IMG/VR virus record: IMGVR_UViG_3300045988_159685
Length of the DNA stretch: 64,000 nt
Reading direction: 5' to 3' (one strand)
Source: a virus
Positions within the stretch are counted from its first letter, which is position 1, and every line of letters begins with the position of its first letter. The notes beneath the pieces were generated by a model that saw only the letters and a program-made list of their open reading frames with translations, did not search any database and had not been told where the DNA came from. Below are positions 8,908-18,413 of this stretch, piece by piece. The position numbers and the translations under genes are program-made.

Positions 8908-9165
8908 TTACTTGTCATTATTGCCAACATTGTGGCTTTTGAAAAAGCTTGCAAACGTTGACACTGTTGCTATCAACCACGGAAGCATATCAGTAGCAAA
9001 CCTGTCTGTTCCAAATATTATATTTAGGCTTTCGACAACCATACTGCCGAAAATCCAATTAAGTATCAAACCGCCAAAATAACCAACTATAAATATAAAA
9101 GTTGGCTCCAATAAAAACACAGCAATTAAAGAAATTACTATCATTATTGTTTGAAATTTTTGCAT
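8908..9165 (-). CDS. Hypothetical membrane protein
   Basis: Two or three hydrophobic helices (IMIVISLIAVFLL.., IVGYFGGLILNWIF..). Confidence 0.55.
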   Translation of the reverse strand: MQKFQTIMIVISLIAVFLLEPTFIFIVGYFGGLILNWIFGSMVVESLNIIFGTDRFATDMLPWLIATVSTFASFFKSHNVGNNDK

Positions 9166-9554
9166 TATTTTTCCTCCTTTATCTCTGTCAGGTTAAAGTA
9201 TTTGACTTCACACTGTTTGGCAAAAGTTAAGCATGGCCTTATAACATTACGAATAATTTGTTTGCCGAGGGTGGCATCAATTAGAGCTTTGCCTGGCTTT
9301 ATCCCCTTGCACATAAACGACGGATTAATCCAAACCCATGTTTCAGAGCCTATGCAATAAGAAACATCGTACAATGTATCTCGCAATATTTTGATATCAA
9401 GTACCTGTTCTTTTGCATAAGCCTCAAGTTGTTCTTTGGCACGCTTTCTACTGTTGCAATAAATTGCATTAATCTGCGAAGCCGCATATTTTGACGAAAA
9501 ATTTTGTCCACTGAAAGCACAATTGCTTTCGTCGCAAGTATAACAATCCTTCAT
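9165..9554 (-). CDS. Hypothetical Cys-rich protein
   Basis: Tiling ORF, start/stop-coupled to its neighbours. Confidence 0.55.
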   Translation of the reverse strand: MKDCYTCDESNCAFSGQNFSSKYAASQINAIYCNSRKRAKEQLEAYAKEQVLDIKILRDTLYDVSYCIGSETWVWINPSFMCKGIKPGKALIDATLGKQIIRNVIRPCLTFAKQCEVKYFNLTEIKEEK

Positions 9555-9567
9555 TTGCTATCCCCCA

Positions 9568-10188
9568 TTACAATATATAAACTTCGATATTGATACGTCC
9601 CGACACCAAAAAGCTTTGAGGTACGAACGCTCTATCCCAATAGTAAAAGTCAATAACGTTATTCGACATACCGCCCGTGTCGTCAACACGGTAAGTCCCC
9701 GTAACGCCAGCTCCCTCAATGTAAAGCAAGGTACCGCTCGGAAAATAATTAGACGCCACACTATAACCCGTCTCAAGCGTTCGCCCAGATGAGCCATATG
9801 GTGGCGTCGAGTATCCCATATCTGTACCACAATACCAAGTACCCTCAAACGTTCCAATATAATTATTCGGCTGTTCAATAATGATTTCTGGTTCGCAAGG
9901 TTCATTCATTATATCTTCGGCGATATTATCAATAACAATATCTTCTTCCTCTATGATAAATATATCGGACATTCTTACAATGGTGTCTGAAGCCATAATC
10001 ATTTTATTAATATGTAAATGACCGACTAAAGCTCGAGCCGAAGTGAGGTGGCAATCAATTTCATTTTGCCTCCCAACTTCGGTTCCGTTACTATTAATGA
10101 TTCTTTTTTCTATGGGCGTACCATGCGCGTCGGTTAGTAATATTGTAAACTCGAATATAAACAGCAATATAACAAGTATTTTTAGCAT
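9568..10188 (-). CDS. Secreted 3D-domain (RlpA/MltA-like double-psi barrel) cell-wall protein
   Basis: Signal-like MLKILVILLFIFEFTILL. C-terminal GTWYCGTDMGY..GRTLETGYSVASNYFPSGTLLYIEG..YRVDDTGG..NVIDFYY is the 3D-domain pattern. Confidence 0.7.
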   Translation of the reverse strand: MLKILVILLFIFEFTILLTDAHGTPIEKRIINSNGTEVGRQNEIDCHLTSARALVGHLHINKMIMASDTIVRMSDIFIIEEEDIVIDNIAEDIMNEPCEPEIIIEQPNNYIGTFEGTWYCGTDMGYSTPPYGSSGRTLETGYSVASNYFPSGTLLYIEGAGVTGTYRVDDTGGMSNNVIDFYYWDRAFVPQSFLVSGRINIEVYIL

Positions 10189-10234
10189 TAAAAAAATATA
10201 ATTTACCTTTTCTTGTTTGATAAAACCACCTCGT

Positions 10235-10540
10235 TTATAAGTACATATTCTTGATTGGGTTGCCATCATTATCATAGTCGTCTATAAAATCGTTTATATC
10301 AATTTGTTTATACCCTATGACTGCCATATCGCACAGCTCTTCTACTCTAAAATCACATCCAACTATGTAATCCATGATTTTATCTTTTGCGCACTCTTCG
10401 CACAGCTCTTCTTTCTGGTCTTCGTCTTCGTCGCCCACGATGTATAACTCATCTACATCACAACCGCACTTGTCACACATTAATGCAAGATAATTATACT
10501 GCGGCAAGCCGTCATAACAGTTCCTTATTTCCTTTGCCAT
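10235..10540 (-). CDS. Hypothetical acidic CxxC protein
   Basis: Tiling ORF with CDKCGC...CEEC pairs. Confidence 0.55.
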   Translation of the reverse strand: MAKEIRNCYDGLPQYNYLALMCDKCGCDVDELYIVGDEDEDQKEELCEECAKDKIMDYIVGCDFRVEELCDMAVIGYKQIDINDFIDDYDNDGNPIKNMYL

Positions 10541-10549
10541 TTTTACCTC

Positions 10550-10876
10550 TCATAAAACAATTTTTTGTTTACGCCTTTTACATTCTTCTACAAGTTCTTT
10601 ATAATAGTTGTCAGTCTTTACTACGCTACAAATGCGTGGTCTAAGGAACTGGAATTCGATTTCTGTATCAATTGGTTTGTCTAAGATTATTGCACTCCAT
10701 TTATGACCTCTTACTTGCTCTTTTATAGATTTTACAATGTATATTGAAAACACTTCATTTGCAAAATAGAATTCATTGCTGTAAATATCACGTCGTTTTG
10801 AAGTAAATTTCATACAAGACTGGAACTTATCTTCCCATTCTTTTATATTATCAGTTACTACTAAAACACCTATCAT
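10550..10876 (-). CDS. Hypothetical protein
   Basis: Tiling minus-strand ORF. Confidence 0.55.
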   Translation of the reverse strand: MIGVLVVTDNIKEWEDKFQSCMKFTSKRRDIYSNEFYFANEVFSIYIVKSIKEQVRGHKWSAIILDKPIDTEIEFQFLRPRICSVVKTDNYYKELVEECKRRKQKIVL

Positions 10877-10883
10877 TTAATTT

Positions 10884-11162
10884 TCACTCCCTATAATTGT
10901 CATAAATTTCGATGTAATATTCACCAGTTTTTTTACACTCTTTTTTATACTCTTTACCAATAATTATTTCTACATCATATCTTGAGTCAGCACAAATATC
11001 CTCAAGAAACTGTATAGGATCATTAACTTCAATCGTTCCCATTGGAAGGTTACCATTGGTGCCAATTGGATTAGTAACAAGATGGTATTTATTAATTCTT
11101 GGATATTTTTCTGCTATTTTTCTTATATTATATGTCGATGTACAACATAAATTATAACGCAT
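10884..11162 (-). CDS. Hypothetical protein
   Basis: Tiling minus-strand ORF. Confidence 0.55.
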   Translation of the reverse strand: MRYNLCCTSTYNIRKIAEKYPRINKYHLVTNPIGTNGNLPMGTIEVNDPIQFLEDICADSRYDVEIIIGKEYKKECKKTGEYYIEIYDNYRE

Positions 11163-11178
11163 TTAATCACCTACCCCC

Positions 11179-11391
11179 TCATGCAAATTCGGCCTCCTGC
11201 ATAAGTTCTATTTCTTTATCTGTCATACCCCATGTGTATAGAACTTCCTCAGGCGCATAACATACTACATACCCTTTATCATATATTTGCTGTATCTTAT
11301 ATACCTTGTCTCGATATCCTATACGATTAGTAGCACCTAAATTTAGGTAGCGTTCACATAAGGCGTCAAATACCTTGCAATATACCTTCAT
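11179..11391 (-). CDS. Hypothetical protein
   Basis: Tiling minus-strand ORF. Confidence 0.5.
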   Translation of the reverse strand: MKVYCKVFDALCERYLNLGATNRIGYRDKVYKIQQIYDKGYVVCYAPEEVLYTWGMTDKEIELMQEAEFA

Positions 11392-11406
11392 AAACTTACC
11401 TCCTTT

Positions 11407-11721
11407 TTAAGACAGCCATTTTCTATATTTCCTATCTTGTTTACGTTTACTCTTCCTTATTCGATTGTATATATAGTTCTCATAATACTCAAACTGCATA
11501 GCCTTTGCATAGCAATATAGCCATGTTGCAAAAAAGGTTGAAATCACTATTATACTTACTATAGTTTTGACATGATGTAAGCCGTATTCGTCATAGCAAT
11601 GTGCTATAATTGGCGTTGTCAGAACAAAAGCACAGAAAGAGGCAATACTAACAATCGCCGATATTGTCATTCGTGTTTCACACCATTGTTTGCAATATTT
11701 TGCCGCTTTAATTTCTTTCAT
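11407..11721 (-). CDS. Hypothetical membrane protein
   Basis: Two TM helices and a basic C-terminus (RKSKRKQDRKYRKW). Confidence 0.55.
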   Translation of the reverse strand: MKEIKAAKYCKQWCETRMTISAIVSIASFCAFVLTTPIIAHCYDEYGLHHVKTIVSIIVISTFFATWLYCYAKAMQFEYYENYIYNRIRKSKRKQDRKYRKWLS

Positions 11722-11960
11722 TAATATTTCCTCTTTAATTTTACTTTTGATCCCTTTGCTTCTAACAGGTCAATCTGAGCATTCAAAAGTTCAACTCTTT
11801 GTTCCAAAGACAAAATACATTTCTGCAAATAATTAATTCTGCCCAAACAATATTCATAATCTGCATTAATAAGATAAGTTTTCTGACTCAAATCATTTAA
11901 AAAAGAAGGTTCTGCTGACTCTCCTCTCAGCATTCGTTCCACATCTCTTTCTATTCCCAT
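11721..11960 (-). CDS. Hypothetical coiled-coil protein
   Basis: Tiling ORF, ATGA-type coupling to the next gene. Confidence 0.5.
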   Translation of the reverse strand: MGIERDVERMLRGESAEPSFLNDLSQKTYLINADYEYCLGRINYLQKCILSLEQRVELLNAQIDLLEAKGSKVKLKRKY

Positions 11961-11998
11961 TGTTGTTCACCTCTAATCAAACATAAATTCTATCTTAT

Positions 11999-12379
11999 TT
12001 ACTTTGAACTAAAGAACTTTTTAATTTCCTTTTTAACAATATCTGATATTATTTCTTCGAGACCATTACCAATCTCTTTATCACTCATAATCTCAAATTC
12101 CTTTTTAAGTTCTTTGTAATTTTTAGTTCTTACATATCTATTTATAATTTCGTCTTTGGCTTTTTCCGATATATATTCCTTAGTGTCTTTATCCAAGGTT
12201 GTATTTATCATTTCTATAACAGTATCAGTTAAGTTGTCCCTGAAACTTCTACCATAATGGTCTTGGTTACGCATTACTTCATTGAGTATCTGATTAGCAG
12301 CGGCTTGTATAATTTCATCTTTAATATAATCGGTATCTTCATTAACTGTGACGGTAAATGTCAAGTTCATTTGTGTCAC
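11999..12379 (-). CDS. Hypothetical protein
   Basis: Tiling ORF overlapping the next start by 4 nt. Confidence 0.55.
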   Translation of the reverse strand: MTQMNLTFTVTVNEDTDYIKDEIIQAAANQILNEVMRNQDHYGRSFRDNLTDTVIEMINTTLDKDTKEYISEKAKDEIINRYVRTKNYKELKKEFEIMSDKEIGNGLEEIISDIVKKEIKKFFSSK

Positions 12380-12915
12380 CTCAATCCTAAATCATCTAAT
12401 GTTACCGGCGTGTAATCATGCAACATACAGCCTACGTTTGCACACCTGTAAGGAAAGCCACGTTCTCTCATTTGTTCAGCATATTCATTAAAAGGTCTTG
12501 TATCTCTACCACTGTGAATATGCCCATACAAATGAATGTAACCGTAGTCAGCATTAATCCAATGAGCTATAGGGTAATGGCAAAGCACAACATGTTCTTC
12601 GCCGTCCTTGATAACAGCATAATCTTTAATCCAGACGAAGTGGTTTTTCATTTCCTCGTTTACTCTATCGTGATTGCCCTTGATTAAATATTTGGCCCCA
12701 TTTAATCTCGGAAGAACTATTGGTATTTCTGCGTTGTTCCAAAACATATCTCCCAGAACATACACGCTGTCATTTTTGCTGACAACACTATTCCAATTTG
12801 AGATGATAGTTTCGGTCATTTCTTCAAGGCTGAAAAACGGTCTATTATCAAATGCGAGTATATTTTTATGACCTAAATGTAGGTCAGAAATATAAAATTT
12901 GCTAGGTAATGCCAT
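12376..12915 (-). CDS. Calcineurin-like metallophosphoesterase
   Basis: ISDLHLGH, LGDMFW, GNHD and the GHIH motif series. Confidence 0.8.
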   Translation of the reverse strand: MALPSKFYISDLHLGHKNILAFDNRPFFSLEEMTETIISNWNSVVSKNDSVYVLGDMFWNNAEIPIVLPRLNGAKYLIKGNHDRVNEEMKNHFVWIKDYAVIKDGEEHVVLCHYPIAHWINADYGYIHLYGHIHSGRDTRPFNEYAEQMRERGFPYRCANVGCMLHDYTPVTLDDLGLR

Positions 12916-12922
12916 TAGCGTT

Positions 12923-13198
12923 TCATCTCCTTTTGAATAAACTTAATTTATATTTAATTTCGCTTCTATTGACTACATCCCAACGTGACACTTGCATTTT
13001 CACGTCCATACCAATATAAAAAGGAGGGGTAATTCTCTCAGAAATTAATTGCTTTCGAGTTTTCTTTTTAATGGATGGTTTGTTATAACATTTGAATGGA
13101 TATACTTTTAATTTCACTCTGCCTTTATCGTCAATCTTCAGATAATCAAAACCCATAAAGATCATTGTAACCCTCCAATATTCTCTTTTCTTGCGCAC
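12923..13198 (-). CDS. Hypothetical basic protein
   Basis: Tiling ORF. Confidence 0.45.
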   Translation of the reverse strand: MRKKREYWRVTMIFMGFDYLKIDDKGRVKLKVYPFKCYNKPSIKKKTRKQLISERITPPFYIGMDVKMQVSRWDVVNRSEIKYKLSLFKRR

Positions 13199-13250
13199 AT
13201 CTAATTTGCACCATTCTTTTCTTGGTTAAAAATATTAAAATTTGTTCTTC

Positions 13251-14096
13251 TTAATAATTCGTAATTAAGACCTCTATATCTTTTGTCTTGTCTTTTTTCT
13301 GGTAATTACAATTTCCGTAACTGGTGCTTAGATAGTGGATTTTATAACCGTGGTCTTCTGCCCAATTCTTTAACGTCAGGTTTGTTTTCAGATTATTTGA
13401 TAACGCCCATTTCACGTTTGATGTCACAAGCATATTCCGCAAATCTTCTTCGTCGGTATTAGTCCAACCGCCATTTTCATTATAGGTTGCCGTAGAATTA
13501 AAGTACGGAGGATCGCAATACAGAAAATCATTTTCGCCAAACGCTACGCCGATGAACTCGCGAAAATCAGCATTGGTAAACTTGCAGTCTTTATTGCTGA
13601 TTGCTTCTGAAAATTCTATGAACTTTTCTCTTAATGTAGGGTTAAAGCTACTTCTGTCTTTCCCAAATGGCATATTAAATTCGCCTTTTGAATTAAAACG
13701 AATTTGGTTGTTAAAGGCGTAACAAATTAGCACATATAAAATAACGGACTGTTTAGATTCCGACTCGTTAAAATAGTTGCGGAGTCTCAAATACCCGTCC
13801 CTATTAATCTTTGATAAGTCATATTGCTTGATTATCTTATCTATTTCGCCAAGACTTTTATCGGTTCCATTTCTATGTATGTATTCAAGTATTTGCACTA
13901 CAGGCAAATTCAAATCATTATAAATAACCTCTTTCGCAGGAACATTAATTCCAACATTAAACCCACCGCCAAACAAGTCAATAAAAGTGTCAATATTTTT
14001 CGGAAACAATGGTAATATCTGCGGTAGAAGCTTGTATTTGCCACCCACATAATTGAGTGGCGATTTTATATATTTTTGTTTTATTAGTATCATCAC
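13251..14096 (-). CDS. DNA N6-adenine methyltransferase (D12/Dam class)
   Basis: PLNYVGGKYKLLPQI, FIDLFGGGFNVG (SAM binding), DPPY catalytic motif. Confidence 0.85.
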   Translation of the reverse strand: MMILIKQKYIKSPLNYVGGKYKLLPQILPLFPKNIDTFIDLFGGGFNVGINVPAKEVIYNDLNLPVVQILEYIHRNGTDKSLGEIDKIIKQYDLSKINRDGYLRLRNYFNESESKQSVILYVLICYAFNNQIRFNSKGEFNMPFGKDRSSFNPTLREKFIEFSEAISNKDCKFTNADFREFIGVAFGENDFLYCDPPYFNSTATYNENGGWTNTDEEDLRNMLVTSNVKWALSNNLKTNLTLKNWAEDHGYKIHYLSTSYGNCNYQKKDKTKDIEVLITNY

Positions 14097-14168
14097 CTAA
14101 ATAGAAATTTCTCTTTTATTCAGATTTTAAGTGTCTAAAAGTGCGTATTTACGCTGTTTTAGAATATG

Positions 14169-14705
14169 CTAAAGTAGCGTATTTTCATTAACTTGTAATT
14201 TAAAAAAATTACTTTTCTTTGTCTGTTTTAACAGTTCAGGATTGTCATAAATGTTGCCAACGATAAAAGAGATACGTTCGCCATAGCAAGATTCGACTTC
14301 AAGTTCTGCAAGATCAATCGTATTAAAAATATGATTTATTCCAAATGCTGGAGTACCCACATCCGTCAGTTCCCAAGAAAGTGTTTCATCATTCCACCTT
14401 ACATCCATAAGTCTATTAGTGATATCAGGAGTTACGTTAATTATATCTTCTTCAAAAATCTTCTTATCATACTTGTCTGTTAGCCCTGTGTATTGGCTGA
14501 TAGTCTTAGGGTCTACTACATAAGAAATTGGCATTGTATCAACAAACTGCTTATAGTCATTGTCCTCAATCTCCATATTGTCGTAAATAAGATGTTCAAC
14601 ATTAACCCCTTTGTCCTTAAAGTACGGACGTTTTCTGAGAACGTAATAGCCATATACCCATTCACCATTATCTACACGTTTCCCTCTAAATAGTATTTCT
14701 CGCAT
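14169..14705 (-). CDS. YopX-family protein
   Basis: MREILFRGKRVDNGEWVYGYYV.. is the characteristic YopX N-terminus. Start trimmed to the ATG at 14705. Confidence 0.75.
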   Translation of the reverse strand: MREILFRGKRVDNGEWVYGYYVLRKRPYFKDKGVNVEHLIYDNMEIEDNDYKQFVDTMPISYVVDPKTISQYTGLTDKYDKKIFEEDIINVTPDITNRLMDVRWNDETLSWELTDVGTPAFGINHIFNTIDLAELEVESCYGERISFIVGNIYDNPELLKQTKKSNFFKLQVNENTLL

Positions 14706-15300
14706 TGCCGTCTCTCCTTGTTGCCAAACTTTTAGTGCCATTTTTTTGCACCTGCGCAGGCACTGCCACAAACGACCACTCGTAAACTTCAAGCGGCTCG
14801 TCAAGAATGTGATAACACAGCCTACCGCCGTATTCACACCCCTTTTCATGGTCACAGCCGCCCTTGTGCATATCCTCTCCGCATACAGAGCAAAGCTTCT
14901 CTCCCATGGTGCAGGTAATGGATACTTCTTTCTTTATTCCACTCTGAATCTCGCTTATAAGATCGCCGTTAGAAGCAGTTCGCACCATGTAAGCCTTTGC
15001 CATAAGTCTGCGGTAGACCTCGCCGTCTGTCGTAGTTTTCTCAGGCAGAGTTTCCACCCAAGTGTCGAATATTCTAGCAGTCTGCTTTGAGCTTTTAGGG
15101 TCATGGTCGAAAATACCCGTTCTGCCCTTAAAAAGCTTCGCAAGCTTCCTCAAAGCGCCTGATGAAAACTTTTCACCGCCTCTGTCAATGTTATTGTCAC
15201 AAAGCGCCACCCTGAAAACAAATACCTTGTCCTCCGTGAGCGGCTTTCTTGCATAGTCGTTTATCTTTTCAAGCTCCTCGCCTGATACTGTTTCGCTCAT
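14686..15300 (-). CDS. HK97-type prohead-protease-like (S78-like) protein with Cys/His insert
   Basis: DRGGEKFSSGAL.., GIFDHD.. and the C-terminal EWSFVAVPAQ resemble the Peptidase_S78 layout. Inserted CSVCGEDMHKGGCDHEKGC cluster. AAGGAGG precedes the ATG at 15300. Confidence 0.35.
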   Translation of the reverse strand: MSETVSGEELEKINDYARKPLTEDKVFVFRVALCDNNIDRGGEKFSSGALRKLAKLFKGRTGIFDHDPKSSKQTARIFDTWVETLPEKTTTDGEVYRRLMAKAYMVRTASNGDLISEIQSGIKKEVSITCTMGEKLCSVCGEDMHKGGCDHEKGCEYGGRLCYHILDEPLEVYEWSFVAVPAQVQKNGTKSLATRRDGNARNTI

Positions 15301-15313
15301 TGCATTTCCTCCT

Positions 15314-15583
15314 TTATAGTTCTTTCTGTTCTTTCTCTTTCTCGTCAATATACTGTCCAATAACTTCTAATATTCGACTTTGTAACGCATAAGAAATTTC
15401 AATCTCGCAAACGTCTGGAACGCAAGTCTGCCTTCTTTTAAATTTTAACTTTGGCTTTGTAAAAATCAAAGTTGGACAAGAACTGGAACGAGTGCAAAAT
15501 CCTTTTACAAATGTTTGTATAGGTCTTATTTCTTCCTCAATCTCTTTATATTTTTTGTATTGCTTATCCGTCATTGCTGTCAC
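15314..15583 (-). CDS. Hypothetical protein
   Basis: Tiling ORF. Confidence 0.45.
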   Translation of the reverse strand: MTAMTDKQYKKYKEIEEEIRPIQTFVKGFCTRSSSCPTLIFTKPKLKFKRRQTCVPDVCEIEISYALQSRILEVIGQYIDEKEKEQKEL

Positions 15584-15977
15584 TGCCTTTCAACTTTCTA
15601 AGCATATCTCTTGTGGTGTATATTTTTCCATACGCACCACCAAGGGCAAAAGCTCTACGTTCTCGCTCAGACATTACTTCATAGATTTCAATTATATCTC
15701 CACAGGCTTCATCTATGGTATTATATGCTTGACATATATCCGATTTTGTGCTATCATCAAGGTGTGTTGAATTGGTATCTTTTGATACCACCTCCGAGCT
15801 TGTGCCTGTTGCCGCAGGTGCAGGCTCGGTTTCTTTTAGGTACTCAGCAAAGATAAGCACACAAGCTGCTTTTTCGTTATCTAATGGGCAGTTTGGGCAG
15901 AGTTCACCATGATCGCCACCCATTGTGCAGATTTCTGCCGCCTTTAGGATATCCTCGTCAGTGAATTTCTTATTCAT
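15564..15977 (-). CDS. Hypothetical protein with Cys-rich N-domain (paralogue of 15970-16491)
   Basis: AAEICTMGGDHGELCPNCPLDNEKAACVLIFAEYLKETEPAPA matches the neighbour's AVEVCTNSDMNCEQCPLNKKIYKCGVFFTRYIKENEPAPV. Confidence 0.55.
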   Translation of the reverse strand: MNKKFTDEDILKAAEICTMGGDHGELCPNCPLDNEKAACVLIFAEYLKETEPAPAATGTSSEVVSKDTNSTHLDDSTKSDICQAYNTIDEACGDIIEIYEVMSERERRAFALGGAYGKIYTTRDMLRKLKGSDSNDG

Positions 15978-16491
15978 TTTCAACCTCTTTAAAGAACTCT
16001 CTCGGCTCAAACCATTTATCTTCAATGATATTTCCTATTCCGACAACTAATCTATCTTCCTGTTTTACTCTAACATAATGACCTTTTATATCTTCCCATT
16101 TTGCAACGCCCACAACGTCCATAATTCTTGTAAGTGCTTCAAGTCCCTTTTCAGAACCTTCAAACGATGTTCCATTGAAAAAAGCTAAGTTATAACCGCC
16201 AAAACTAGCTCCCCAGCCTGAGCCTTTAAGAGTTATAGAAAAGGTAAGGCAACAATGGTCGCCTATTCCCAGTGATACATCAGTTATTTTAGCGTTTTCA
16301 TAAATAGTGTTAGTGTTACATTCTGCCGAAGGTGTATTTTTTATTACAGGTGCAGGCTCGTTTTCTTTTATGTAACGGGTAAAAAATACACCGCATTTAT
16401 AGATTTTTTTGTTAAGCGGACATTGTTCACAGTTCATATCTGAATTAGTGCAAACCTCAACCGCCTTTTCAAACTCCTCTTTCGTTATCAT
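15970..16491 (-). CDS. Hypothetical protein with the same Cys-rich N-domain
   Basis: See the paralogue at 15564-15977; its C-terminal domain is distinct. Confidence 0.55.
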   Translation of the reverse strand: MITKEEFEKAVEVCTNSDMNCEQCPLNKKIYKCGVFFTRYIKENEPAPVIKNTPSAECNTNTIYENAKITDVSLGIGDHCCLTFSITLKGSGWGASFGGYNLAFFNGTSFEGSEKGLEALTRIMDVVGVAKWEDIKGHYVRVKQEDRLVVGIGNIIEDKWFEPREFFKEVENE

Positions 16492-16524
16492 ATTCTACCT
16501 CTTTCTATAAATAAAACTAAATTT

Positions 16525-17238
<714 letters not shown>

Positions 17239-17342
17239 CGATTATTACCTCCGAAATTTGCTTTGAAATTCGTGATTTTCCACCTAAGTATTGAATTGCA
17301 ATCACCTCAAAAAAAATAGCGCACCATTAAGGTACGCTATCA

Positions 17343-17534
17343 TTACTTTATAGGTTGCTTCACAACATCACAGATATCTTGAAGCTTTTCTTTTTCATTT
17401 TTACTCTTATCATTAATTATATCATATACAACTTGACATATTGTTTTCACGCCTATACCTATTCCAATCTGGCGTGCTCGTTTGAGTTGTGTTGTATATG
17501 CCTCAATTATTTTGTCCTGCTCTTTTCTTTTCAT
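17343..17534 (-). CDS. Hypothetical small protein
   Basis: Tiling ORF. Confidence 0.45.
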   Translation of the reverse strand: MKRKEQDKIIEAYTTQLKRARQIGIGIGVKTICQVVYDIINDKSKNEKEKLQDICDVVKQPIK

Positions 17535-17573
17535 ATTTGTCCTTTTTATGTAACGGGGCTGAGCCCCGTCTTA

Positions 17574-17852
17574 TCATTCATTGCATCCGTCATCGTCGAA
17601 GTCGTCATAATCTTCGTCATATTCCTCGTCATCAAATGGTTCCTGTTCGTCACTAACTTCACCACATCCAACAAAATTGTTTGGTAAAGGCACATTGGAG
17701 TCTTCCAATGGAAGTTTTAATGTCTTCAACTTTTCGATCATTTCATCGACAACCTTGTTATATGTCGCCCTTTCACTACAAGTGCGGAGACATATGTCTC
17801 CCTTATTCTGACAAGGTGTGATTGAATCGAATTGGCATTTCTTTAATTTCAT
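17574..17852 (-). CDS. Hypothetical protein with extremely acidic C-terminus
   Basis: C-terminal SDEQEPFDDEEYDEDYDDFDDDG and an N-terminal Cys-containing region. Confidence 0.55.
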   Translation of the reverse strand: MKLKKCQFDSITPCQNKGDICLRTCSERATYNKVVDEMIEKLKTLKLPLEDSNVPLPNNFVGCGEVSDEQEPFDDEEYDEDYDDFDDDGCNE

Positions 17853-17876
17853 TGCACAATTCCTCCTTAAATAGAA

Positions 17877-18365
17877 TTATTTTATTAGGTTTTTCAAATA
17901 GTATTGAAAAGTTCCTAATATGTAAATTGGTGTATAACGTTTATCTGGCATGAACACGATTTGCAACCCATACCTATGATTAAAACTGTGCAATGATCCG
18001 AGATAACTTTTTGAATTATATTCAGACCTATAATTGCTATTCACCAAATCAAAGTAATTGGCATTCTCTATAAAAAGATATTTTGTCTTCGCCTTTGAGA
18101 TTGCGAATTCTTCTTCAAAGCGCTTTCGCTCTTTTGTAAAATTAATCGCCAGCTCATCCAAGCTTGCTTTGCGTTCTACATAAATCTGATTATCAAAATA
18201 TAAGTCTCTTGGTATAGCCAACTCTTGATTAGCCTTTATATAAAAGCTATAATCTCCGCAAATTAAAGCACGTCTCTCATATGCAATTTTATGCTTGTCA
18301 AAATACTCGGTTATATGATCGTTCTTTTTTTCTCTTGTATCTATAAGAACGACCATCATTTTCAA
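17877..18365 (-). CDS. ERCC4/XPF-Mus81-type nuclease
   Basis: IDTREKK, ICGDYSF and VERKASLDELA (GDY...ERKxxxD hallmark). Confidence 0.72.
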   Translation of the reverse strand: MKMMVVLIDTREKKNDHITEYFDKHKIAYERRALICGDYSFYIKANQELAIPRDLYFDNQIYVERKASLDELAINFTKERKRFEEEFAISKAKTKYLFIENANYFDLVNSNYRSEYNSKSYLGSLHSFNHRYGLQIVFMPDKRYTPIYILGTFQYYLKNLIK

Positions 18366-18413
18366 AAGTTCTTTTGCCTCTATATCATTGAATTTATAAT
18401 CTTCAATAAGCGT

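Noticed and set aside
9558-9905. 115-aa ORF overlapping the 3D-domain gene in another frame
   Set aside because: The overlapping frame 9568-10188 has a clear domain signature. This ORF is Arg/Leu-rich, as expected for an out-of-frame reading.
14746-15256. Plus- and minus-strand ORFs overlapping 14686-15300
   Set aside because: They lie antisense or out of frame to a gene with a strong RBS and recognisable motifs.
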